Assembly: GCA_002382525.1 (NCBI GenBank)
Contig: DFYA01000056.1
Coordinates: forward strand, 1-37,674
Reading direction: 5' to 3'
DNA: 37,674 nucleotides
Source: Opitutaceae bacterium UBA4094
Lineage (GTDB): Bacteria; Verrucomicrobiota; Verrucomicrobiia; Opitutales; Opitutaceae
Shown: positions 18,790 to 26,963 of the stretch, in pieces
Layout of the letters: each line of letters starts with the position of its first letter
How positions within the stretch are numbered: the first letter of the stretch is position 1
Program-made: the position numbers and the translations under genes
Notes under the pieces: model-generated
What the model was told of the DNA's origin: nothing
Databases searched by the model: none
The model's input: the letters and a program-made list of their open reading frames with translations, nothing else

Positions 18790-20916
18790 TTAGTTCCCGC
18801 GACGGCGACGGAGGCTCACCAAGGCGAGCGCGGCGCCGCCGAAGAGGGCGGCATAGGTCGAGGGTTCGGGAATCGCGGAGACCACGGTGAGCAGGCCCGC
18901 GCTATTGAGGTCGTAGATGTAGCCACCGCCCACGATGTTGAAGTTGCCCGCGTTCACCACCGAGTCGGCCACGGCGGCGCCGGCGACGCTGATGAGTTGG
19001 AAGGTGTCGCCCACTTCGGGCGAGAAGCCATCGAGGAACGTGAGAGACAACGTGCTGCCGAGATCGGCGGTGACGGTCTTGCCCGCGGTCGAGAGGTTGA
19101 TGCTGTCAAAGCTCGTCAGGCTCGCGATGTCGATGTCGAGGACCGAACCGGATTCGAAGCGAACGGAGCCGTTGGCAAAGGTGAGCGTGGATGCCTGATA
19201 GTAGCCGGAGTCGTCGCCGGGCGACACCACGCCGCCGTCGCCGACGGTGAACACGCCCGCAGTGGAGTTCGCGATCGAGGTGCCGATGTCGAGGCGCGCG
19301 TTCGAGCCACCGAGTTCTGCCGTGCCGCCGCCGGCGAGTCCGACGATCTGCTGGTTGATGTTGTTGCTCACATACAGTTTGGCGGAACGATCCACACGAA
19401 CTGCGGTGCCGGTGGGCAGCGTGTTGTGGGTGCTGAGGTTCAGAGTGCCGCTGTTGATCACCGTGCGTCCGGTGTAGTCGTTGGCACCGGAGAGGTGGAT
19501 GGTTTGGCCGGGCGTCGCGGCGAAGACCACGCCATTGGATCCACTGAGTTTGGCGGAGATATAGGTGGTGGCGCGGCCCGTCATCACGTAACCGCGATTC
19601 GTCCCGAAGTTGATCGTGCCGTTGGAGAATGAGGTCGTGTAGTTGCCCGTCGCGAGCACGCCGCTGCCGAGCGTCAGCGTGTTGCCGCCGAGGTTCGTGG
19701 TGATGCCGGAGTCCACATACAGCGCGTTGATCGTCTTGCTGGCGCCAAGCGTCTCGGCCGTCGTCAGGCGGACATTGTCATGAACGTTGGACGAGCCGGC
19801 GAGCGTGTCCGCATATTCGGTGGTCTTGTTCAACGCGCGGAACCCGCCACCCGAGGTGTAGGTAACCAAGCCGCGACCGGGAGCATAATAATGGGTGTCG
19901 ACGGACCCCGTGAGGGAGTTGGACACCGCATCGGCGGCTGTCGCCCAAGGCACGATGCTGACCGTCGTGGACCCGTCCGCTCCGCCTCCGCCCTTCAGCG
20001 CCACGAGGATGTCGGCATCGTTTGTCACCCTGACCGCGTTTACGCCTGATCCGATGGGATTGGTTGAGGTGCCGACGAGAGAAAGGGTGCTGTATTCGTC
20101 GCGATCGATTGCCGAGAGGACCAACGTGCTTGAAGAACCGCCGACCGCACCGATCGCGGCGCGTGCGCCGTCCAGATGCACCGTGCCCAGCGTCTCCGTG
20201 CCGGTTGCCTGCATTCCGAAAATACCACCGTTCAGATGCAGTGCGGTATCGTCGCCGATACGATCTGATGCCCAACCGTTGAGAACGAAGCGGCTCATCG
20301 TGCCGGAAACGATCACCCGGCTTGCCGATAGCATCGAAGCGGTGCGCTCCAAGGTTGTGTGGCCCGACTCGTGCACGTAATCGCCCGCTAAGGAGAGGGC
20401 CGCATTGAAAGACACCGTGCCGCCGCCCGTTTTCGTCAGGCTGCCGTTCGAAACATCCCCCCAGATCGTCAGAGTGTCGCGTCCCGCCGTTGAGTTCGAT
20501 GCGAGGCCTGAATTCACCGACAAGCTTCGCGTCGCCCCGCCCAGGTCAAGGTTGAGGCGCCGGGAATCCGAACCCAGCGTGATGCCTTGGGAACTCGTTC
20601 CGCCGATATCGACGCTAATATTCCCCGCAAGATTCCAGTTGTAGGCCGTAATGCTGTCGGGGAGCAGCGTCATTCCGAAGGCGTCGCCATGGGAGAACTG
20701 GAGCCCGCTGGCCGGCGTCGTGTAGTTGTTCGGAAGATACACGGTTTGGCTCACCGTGAGGTTGTTGCTGAACACGCCGTTGATGACGCCGTCCTGCCAG
20801 TTGGCGGTGTCGGCATAGGACAGGCCGCTGCTTGTGCCGGTCCACTGGGCGTGAACCAATCCGGAGGTCGCGGCGCAGGCGCACGCGATAATGAAACTAC
20901 GAGGTAACGAATGCAT
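18790..20916 (-). CDS. PEP-CTERM protein with autotransporter-associated beta-strand (beta-helix) repeats
   Basis: Signal peptide; GSLTKTGGGTVSF and LSGANDYTGRTVINSGTLNL repeats; C-terminus IPEPSTYAALFGGAALALVSLRRRRGN. Confidence 0.92.
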   Translation of the reverse strand: MHSLPRSFIIACACAATSGLVHAQWTGTSSGLSYADTANWQDGVINGVFSNNLTVSQTVYLPNNYTTPASGLQFSHGDAFGMTLLPDSITAYNWNLAGNISVDIGGTSSQGITLGSDSRRLNLDLGGATRSLSVNSGLASNSTAGRDTLTIWGDVSNGSLTKTGGGTVSFNAALSLAGDYVHESGHTTLERTASMLSASRVIVSGTMSRFVLNGWASDRIGDDTALHLNGGIFGMQATGTETLGTVHLDGARAAIGAVGGSSSTLVLSAIDRDEYSTLSLVGTSTNPIGSGVNAVRVTNDADILVALKGGGGADGSTTVSIVPWATAADAVSNSLTGSVDTHYYAPGRGLVTYTSGGGFRALNKTTEYADTLAGSSNVHDNVRLTTAETLGASKTINALYVDSGITTNLGGNTLTLGSGVLATGNYTTSFSNGTINFGTNRGYVMTGRATTYISAKLSGSNGVVFAATPGQTIHLSGANDYTGRTVINSGTLNLSTHNTLPTGTAVRVDRSAKLYVSNNINQQIVGLAGGGTAELGGSNARLDIGTSIANSTAGVFTVGDGGVVSPGDDSGYYQASTLTFANGSVRFESGSVLDIDIASLTSFDSINLSTAGKTVTADLGSTLSLTFLDGFSPEVGDTFQLISVAGAAVADSVVNAGNFNIVGGGYIYDLNSAGLLTVVSAIPEPSTYAALFGGAALALVSLRRRRGN

Positions 20917-20958
20917 GGGGGATGTGGGGGTTGAGGTTGCTGTTGGCTTGAGGAAAAA

Positions 20959-22059
20959 CTAGCGCCCGCCGATCGGCGCGGTGCTCTCGCGCTCGATGAT
21001 GGCGGTGGGGACGGACGCTTGACGGGGCTCCGGCTCGTCGGACCAAAGGAGATCCAGCACCTGTCGCGAAAACGCGGTTTCGTCGGCCCCGAGGCTCGTG
21101 AGCGCCGGATAAATCATGTCCCCGCCCGGCAGGTCGTCGAAGGCCACCAATGAAAAATCCTCCGGCACGCGCAAGCGGTGCATTCCGGCGTAGCGCAACG
21201 CGGCCCACGCGCCGCTGCCCGAGATCGGCACGATCGCCGTCGGTTTCTGCTCGGCCGCAAGCACCGCGGGCATGGCTTCAATCGTGGCCGCAAACGAGTC
21301 GGCCCAGTTAGGCGTCTTGCAGTCATGGAAGACCACGTCGGTCAACCCGCGCCGCGCCACTTCATCGCGCAGGGTGGCCACGCGCATCTGCACGCTCGCG
21401 AGTTCAGTCGGCTCGTTGATGACAAACGTGATCCGGCGGTGGCCGAGCTGCGTAAGGTGATCCATCATCAATTTCGCGCTGATGTAAGGATCCACGGATA
21501 CACACTTGCCTGGATAACCCTGCGGAAACGGCACCGCGCACACCGTGCGAAACCCGCGATGTTCGAGCTCGTCGAACAGGGTCCAGGCCGCCTCTTGCGA
21601 GTGTCCGAGGAACACCATGCGCTCCTCGTGCGGGTTGGCCTTCAGGCTGCGAGCCATGTCGCGCAACGACTCGCCTTTGCGCGTGTGATGAACGCGCAGG
21701 TTGCATTCATACGCGTCGCACAACCCCGCGAACACTTCCACCTGCCGTGTGATCACCGGCGAACGGTGCTCCGGCACGATAATGCCGAGCAGGCGGGTCC
21801 GCTTGAACTTCTGCACAAAGGTCCCGCGCCCCACATGGCGATGCAGGCGACCTTGATTCACCAGTTCCTGCAGGGCCCGCCGCACCGTAGGCTGCGACAC
21901 CCCCAGCTTTTCGATCAGATCCCTCTCCGTGAAAAACCGTTCGTCATGCGCAAAGTCGCTTTCGATCACCGCCGTCAGCCAACGCATCACCTGATCATAC
22001 AGCGGCGCGGCAGCTTCGGACGACGGGCTAAATGGAAGGGTGTTTTTGCTTAGGCTCAT
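20959..22059 (-). CDS. GntR-HTH / LacI-type sugar-binding hybrid regulator (AraR-like architecture)
   Basis: PLYDQV...FFTERDLIEKLGVSQPTVRRALQELVNQGRLHRHVGRGTFV then LGHRRI...VPEDFSLVAFDD...PALTS...IIERESTA. Start at ATG 22059 preferred. Confidence 0.92.
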   Translation of the reverse strand: MSLSKNTLPFSPSSEAAAPLYDQVMRWLTAVIESDFAHDERFFTERDLIEKLGVSQPTVRRALQELVNQGRLHRHVGRGTFVQKFKRTRLLGIIVPEHRSPVITRQVEVFAGLCDAYECNLRVHHTRKGESLRDMARSLKANPHEERMVFLGHSQEAAWTLFDELEHRGFRTVCAVPFPQGYPGKCVSVDPYISAKLMMDHLTQLGHRRITFVINEPTELASVQMRVATLRDEVARRGLTDVVFHDCKTPNWADSFAATIEAMPAVLAAEQKPTAIVPISGSGAWAALRYAGMHRLRVPEDFSLVAFDDLPGGDMIYPALTSLGADETAFSRQVLDLLWSDEPEPRQASVPTAIIERESTAPIGGR

Positions 22060-22126
22060 TTTGCTTAGAAGCATTTTGCTTGTAAGCATTACGCCCACAA
22101 GCAAAATTTTAACTCGCCGAGCAAAA
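22044..22126. promoter_or_regulatory. Array of TTTTGCTT/AAGCAAAA motifs, candidate operator for the GntR hybrid in a divergent promoter
   Basis: Three tandem 15-mers TTTTGCTTAGGCTCA, TTTTGCTTAGAAGCA, TTTTGCTTGTAAGCA (22044-22088) plus inverted copies ACAAGCAAAAT (22097-22107) and GAGCAAAA (22119-22126). Confidence 0.7.
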
Positions 22127-22156
22127 CATCTCCTTAACCAGCTCATTTCCAAACTC

Positions 22157-24277
22157 ATGAGAAAACCCATAAAATTCATCAGCCTTCTCGTCGGCTCCCT
22201 TACTCTCGTTTCCGGCCTCGCTCAGAGCGCGCCTGCGACACCCGAACACCGTCGCTATGGCGCTTGGAACTCCTCCGTCATCGGCAGCGGCGGCTACCTG
22301 CAACACGCGGTTTTTGCGCCGTCCAACCCCGCGCGCATCTATCTTTCTTCCGACGTCGGCGGGCTTTTCCGCTCCGACGACTCCGGGCGCACCTGGCGTA
22401 TGCTTCACGGCGCTCTCCCCGCCGATGCGGGCAACTACTCGGTGCGTGGCGTGCTCGTCGACCCCAAGAACGCCGACCGCGTCACCGTCGCCTTTGACAC
22501 CGGCGTATGGCGCTCAGACGACGCGGGCAAGACGTGGCGCCGTCTCCTCCCCGCTCTTTTCGCGGGCAATGGCGACCATCGCAGCGACGGGCGCGTGCTC
22601 GTTTTCTCTCCTCGCGACACCAACACGCTCCACGCCGCCCCGCTCGGCACCGGCGTCCACACCTCCACCGACGGCGGCAAAACCTGGCGCGTTTCCGGCC
22701 CGACCGGTTTGTATCCAACGGATCTCTACATCGACAACCGTGACCCACGTCGCCTGTGGCTGAGCGCCCGGCCCGCCAAACACTGGGTCGGCCCGCAGCA
22801 CAAGAGTTTTGGCGGCGGCCTCTTTTTATCCGAGGACGGCGGCGCCAACTGGCAACAGATCGCTGCTCAGGGCATGCGCGAGATCCACCAGGATCCGAAC
22901 GATCCTTCCGTCCTCATCGCCATCACGCCGGGGCCCGAGCGCGTGGTGCGCTCAACCGATCTCGGCCGCACGTGGTCCAAGTTCGACACCGGGCTCGCTC
23001 CCGCGTCGAAGGATGTGCGCAAGGACGGCGACTACGGCGCCCTCGCCACCGGTCCCGATTTCACGCTCCTCGGGGGCAACGGTGCCAGCATCTACCGGCT
23101 CGATCGCGGCGCGACCGCCTGGACCAAAATCGCGTGGAACAAGGCCGACGTCCACGAGGGCAATTGGTGGGGCGGACTCTCCAAACACGGCTACCCGCAC
23201 TTCGGCAGCGCCCTCGGCTGGCTCGCCATCGACCCGTCCAACCCGCGCCACTGGCTCCTCACCGATTGGTATGCCCTCTACCGTTCGCCCGACGCCGGCA
23301 AGAGCTGGCACCTCTCCATCGACGGCATCGAGATGACTGTCGCCCATGTCATCACCCAAGATCCCGCCCACCCGAACCACGTTCACCTCGGCGTGGCCGA
23401 CATCGGTTACATGCGCTCCACCGATGGCGGCGCGACGTTCCAGCCGAACAACCAAACCATCACAAACAACATCAAACACATCGCCGCCTGCCTCGGGCGT
23501 CCGCAGCGTCTCTACGCCGTGGGTCCGCAAACCTGGCATTGGCACGCCAACCAGGTGTTCATGAGCGACGATGGCGGGACGACTTGGGCACGTTCGCCGA
23601 TGACCGGCCTTCCCAACATGAAGGACGCCCGTTGCAACACCATCGCCGTCCACCCGCGCAAGCCCGACGAGGTCTGGCTCGTTATCGACGGTCCCATCAG
23701 CTCACAACGCGGCGGCACGTGGAAGAGCACCGATGGCGGCAATTCGTGGGCCTGGGTTGGCGAGGGCCTGCCCGAGGGTGCGCGTCTCTTCCGAACCGAC
23801 ATCTGGGTCGCCGGCCCTGAGATCGCCGTTTCCGCCGATGATTCCGCGGTTGCCGGGAGTGACGACACAGGCCGCCTGTTTTCCTTTGATCCCGCCGCAT
23901 CGCGCTGGACGGAGATTCCCGCGCTCTCCCACACCGGTGGCATCAACGCCGTCGTCGCGGATGCCGCCACGCCCGGCCGGTTCTACGTTGCCCGCAAAGA
24001 GGGCGGTCTCTGGCGCAGCGACGACGGTGGCAAGGCATGGACACAAGTTTCCACTCATACCGCCTGGACGGTCGCCGTGGATGCGCTCAACCCGCGTCGC
24101 GTCGCGCTCAACGGATACGACGGCATCTACCTGAGCCTCGACGCCGCCAAGACGTGGAAGCGCCTCGACGAAGGCCTGCCCTACCGTCATCCGCGCAACG
24201 TGATCGCGTTCGCCGGAAACCGACTCGTCGTCGGCACCGGCGGCAACGGCGCCTTCTGGCGGGAGGTCGCGCGGTGA
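22157..24277 (+). CDS. Secreted BNR/Asp-box double beta-propeller, GH74-like glycoside hydrolase
   Basis: Signal peptide MRKPIKFISLLVGSLTLVSGLA from ATG 22157; about 11 Asp-boxes (S.D.G.TW); GH74-like motifs IGSGGY, SDVGG and VADIG. Confidence 0.8.
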   Translation: MRKPIKFISLLVGSLTLVSGLAQSAPATPEHRRYGAWNSSVIGSGGYLQHAVFAPSNPARIYLSSDVGGLFRSDDSGRTWRMLHGALPADAGNYSVRGVLVDPKNADRVTVAFDTGVWRSDDAGKTWRRLLPALFAGNGDHRSDGRVLVFSPRDTNTLHAAPLGTGVHTSTDGGKTWRVSGPTGLYPTDLYIDNRDPRRLWLSARPAKHWVGPQHKSFGGGLFLSEDGGANWQQIAAQGMREIHQDPNDPSVLIAITPGPERVVRSTDLGRTWSKFDTGLAPASKDVRKDGDYGALATGPDFTLLGGNGASIYRLDRGATAWTKIAWNKADVHEGNWWGGLSKHGYPHFGSALGWLAIDPSNPRHWLLTDWYALYRSPDAGKSWHLSIDGIEMTVAHVITQDPAHPNHVHLGVADIGYMRSTDGGATFQPNNQTITNNIKHIAACLGRPQRLYAVGPQTWHWHANQVFMSDDGGTTWARSPMTGLPNMKDARCNTIAVHPRKPDEVWLVIDGPISSQRGGTWKSTDGGNSWAWVGEGLPEGARLFRTDIWVAGPEIAVSADDSAVAGSDDTGRLFSFDPAASRWTEIPALSHTGGINAVVADAATPGRFYVARKEGGLWRSDDGGKAWTQVSTHTAWTVAVDALNPRRVALNGYDGIYLSLDAAKTWKRLDEGLPYRHPRNVIAFAGNRLVVGTGGNGAFWREVAR

Positions 24278-25260
24278 ACATCGCCCGCCTCGCCGCCGTC
24301 ACCTCGATCGCGATCCTCGGTTTGCTGATGGGCGGCGGCGTTGCCAGTGGCGAACCCGCCGCCGCACCGCGCCACCTCGGGCCGATCGTCACGTTGAACA
24401 ACGGCTCGGTGGTGGTGCGCGTTGCGCCCGCCATCGGGCGAATTGTGGGTTTTCAACGTCCGCCCGAAGACAACTGGCTCGCCGTCACCGACGAAGCCAC
24501 GCCGCCCGAGGCCGATTACAAACCGTGGGGCGGCGATCGCATCTGGCCGTTGCTCATCCCCTACGCCCCTCAAGCGCTCGGCCATACCAACTTCGACCTC
24601 GCGATCGAAAGCGGCCCGTGGACGGTGACAGAATCGGGCCCGCGTGTGCTTGAGATGACAAGTCCCGACAGCCCGCGGTTGAAACTACGGATAGTTCGCC
24701 GAGTCGAGTTGCCCGCCACGGGCAACGCCGTGATCCATCGCATCCGACTCGAGCGTTTCGCCGACAACCCGTTCCCGGTTCAAGTCTGGGCGGTGACGTC
24801 GATCAACCCCGCCGACGCCGTGCTCATGGACCGCGACCCACGTATCCGCCAAGTGGATGCGCAGCCCTACAAGACCTGGCTGCACGTCTGGCCCGAGGAG
24901 CCGCGCGCCCGGCTCTTCCCCCCGCCCGGCGCGCTCCGCGTCGAGTTTCCCCGCGCCACAATCAAGATCGCCACCTACGGCACGTGGATCGCGTTGCTCA
25001 AAAAATCCTCCGCATTCCTCCAAACCATCGCCTACGACCCGGCCGCCTTCTATCCCGATGAAAGCAGCCTCCAGTTCTACAGCGAAGCCGGCCGAGGTTT
25101 GCACGAGCTCGAAACCTTGAGCCCATCGTGGTTCCTCCGCGCCGGCGAGAGCCGCGAGTGGACGATCCGCTGGACGCTCCTCGATTTTCCCGAGGACGCC
25201 GCCACCGACGAGCAACGCGCCACCCACCTCGCCACACTCGCCCGCGTTCCGCTGCCTTAA
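24274..25260 (+). CDS. Secreted DUF4380-like (galactose mutarotase-fold) protein
   Basis: GTG start overlapping upstream TGA (GTGA); signal peptide; VTLNNGSVVVRVAPAIGRIVGF, WGGDRIWP, YPD.SSLQFY, ELETLSP..L.AGE. Confidence 0.7.
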   Translation: MNIARLAAVTSIAILGLLMGGGVASGEPAAAPRHLGPIVTLNNGSVVVRVAPAIGRIVGFQRPPEDNWLAVTDEATPPEADYKPWGGDRIWPLLIPYAPQALGHTNFDLAIESGPWTVTESGPRVLEMTSPDSPRLKLRIVRRVELPATGNAVIHRIRLERFADNPFPVQVWAVTSINPADAVLMDRDPRIRQVDAQPYKTWLHVWPEEPRARLFPPPGALRVEFPRATIKIATYGTWIALLKKSSAFLQTIAYDPAAFYPDESSLQFYSEAGRGLHELETLSPSWFLRAGESREWTIRWTLLDFPEDAATDEQRATHLATLARVPLP

Positions 25261-25278
25261 CCTCCCGCACCTCCTTCC

Positions 25279-26952
25279 ATGTCGCTCCCCGCCCTCAAAC
25301 CCGCCCAGGAACTCTGGGTCGAACAGCTGTTCGCCCGCCTCACGCCCGCCGAAAAAATCGGCCAGTTGCTCCACCCGTTCATCACCGTGGATGCGCCCGA
25401 ACTCGAAGCACGACTCCAATCCGCGCTTGATGCGCACGTCGGCGCGGTCTTTCAAGGCGGCGGACGCACGTCCGATCAGTTGCGCGAACTGTTCGCCCGC
25501 CTCGACGCGAAGCTCACCGTTCCGCTCCTCATGTCGGGCGACTACGAATGCGGCCCGGCCATCGCCGGCATGCCCGGCATCGGCTCCACGATGGCGGTTG
25601 CGGCCATCGGCGACCTCGATTCCGCGGCACGTGTTGCCCACGAGATCGGCCGTTCCAGCGCGCTCATCGGACGCGCGGTCGGCACCCGCTGGACGCTTGC
25701 CCCCGTGGTCGATCTGAGCCTCAACCCCGACAACCCGATCGTGAACACCCGCTCCTACGGCGACGACCCCGACCGCGTCATCGCCATCGCGAGCGCCTTC
25801 GTGCGCGGCGCCCAGGAAAATGGCATGGCCGCAACGGTGAAACATTTTCCGGGAGACGGCGTGGACGCGCGCGACCAACACCTCGTCACCACCGTCAACA
25901 CGATGCCGCTCCCCGAATGGCGCGCCAAATTCGGGCGGATCTACCGCGAGCTTTTCGCCGCCGGCGTGTGGTCCTGCATGACCGGCCACATCGCCCTCGC
26001 CGGTCTCTCCTCGCGCCATCCCAAGACCGGCCGCCTCCTCCCCGCGACGCTGGACGAGCGCATCCAGCGCGGCCTGCTCCGCGACGAACTCGGCTTCGAG
26101 GGCGTGATCGTCTCCGACGCCATTCGCATGGGCGGCATCGTCGGCCATGTGCTCGACGGCGGCGAACGCACCGTCGCCAACCTCGCCGCCGGTGCCGACG
26201 TCGTGCTCTTCCCCGACGACCTCGGCCAATCCGTCCAAGCCATCACGCGCGCTCTCGACAGCGGCCGGCTCGATTGGTCGCGCCTCGAAGCCAGCGTCCG
26301 CCGTGTCCTCGCGATGAAAGCCCGTGCCGGACTCGATATTGCCCGCGGAGTCCCAGCTCCCGCCGAACTCCCGCGTCTTCTCGATCCGGTGCAACTCAGC
26401 ACCGTCTCCGCCTCCCTCGCCGAGCGTTGCCTCACCAAAGTTCGCGACGAAGACGGCACCCTGCCCCTCCGTCTGCGCGCCGGCTCCAAGATCGTAATCT
26501 TCGAGCTTCCGCGCGAACCCAATACCGCGCGCAGTCTCGTCATCGCCGGACAAGACGACGCCATCCGCCCGAAGACCGCGCTGCAAAATGCCTTCGAGTC
26601 CCGCGGACACCACGCGATCTCCGTGCACACGTTGCCTGACTTTCACCGCGAGATCACCGATGCCGACGCGCTCCTCTATCTTTTCCTGACCGGACCGCAG
26701 GCCGGCCGCGGCAGCGTGCGGCTCTCCTACAACGCGCAGCAATACATCGAGCTCACCCGCGCCGCGCGCACGATCCCCGTGGTTTACTGCGGACTCGGCA
26801 GCCCCTACGTGCCGTGGGAGCTCTCGATGTTGCCCAACTTCGTCGCCACCTACTCGCCCGCCGACGCCACGCAAACCGTGCTCGTCGCCGCCCTCCTCGG
26901 CGAAATCCCCTTCGCCGGCCGCCTGCCCGTCCGCCTGCCCGAGGCAGTCTAA
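25279..26952 (+). CDS. GH3 family enzyme (beta-N-acetylglucosaminidase/beta-glucosidase, possibly glycoside phosphorylase)
   Basis: EKIGQL, LAPVVDL..NPDNPIVNTRSYG, KHFPGDGVDARDQH, MTGHI, LLRDELGFEGVIVSDAIRMGG; no signal peptide. Confidence 0.92.
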   Translation: MSLPALKPAQELWVEQLFARLTPAEKIGQLLHPFITVDAPELEARLQSALDAHVGAVFQGGGRTSDQLRELFARLDAKLTVPLLMSGDYECGPAIAGMPGIGSTMAVAAIGDLDSAARVAHEIGRSSALIGRAVGTRWTLAPVVDLSLNPDNPIVNTRSYGDDPDRVIAIASAFVRGAQENGMAATVKHFPGDGVDARDQHLVTTVNTMPLPEWRAKFGRIYRELFAAGVWSCMTGHIALAGLSSRHPKTGRLLPATLDERIQRGLLRDELGFEGVIVSDAIRMGGIVGHVLDGGERTVANLAAGADVVLFPDDLGQSVQAITRALDSGRLDWSRLEASVRRVLAMKARAGLDIARGVPAPAELPRLLDPVQLSTVSASLAERCLTKVRDEDGTLPLRLRAGSKIVIFELPREPNTARSLVIAGQDDAIRPKTALQNAFESRGHHAISVHTLPDFHREITDADALLYLFLTGPQAGRGSVRLSYNAQQYIELTRAARTIPVVYCGLGSPYVPWELSMLPNFVATYSPADATQTVLVAALLGEIPFAGRLPVRLPEAV

Positions 26953-26963
26953 AGTATCGTCCC

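Noticed and set aside
22044-22088. Possible CRISPR or iteron array
   Set aside because: Only three 15-bp units with no spacers, and no cas or rep gene nearby.
22040-22179. Overlapping N-terminal extensions of the GntR and GH74-like ORFs with repeated MLxSK peptide
   Set aside because: Better explained as the non-coding 15-bp operator repeat; good starts exist at 22059 and 22157.
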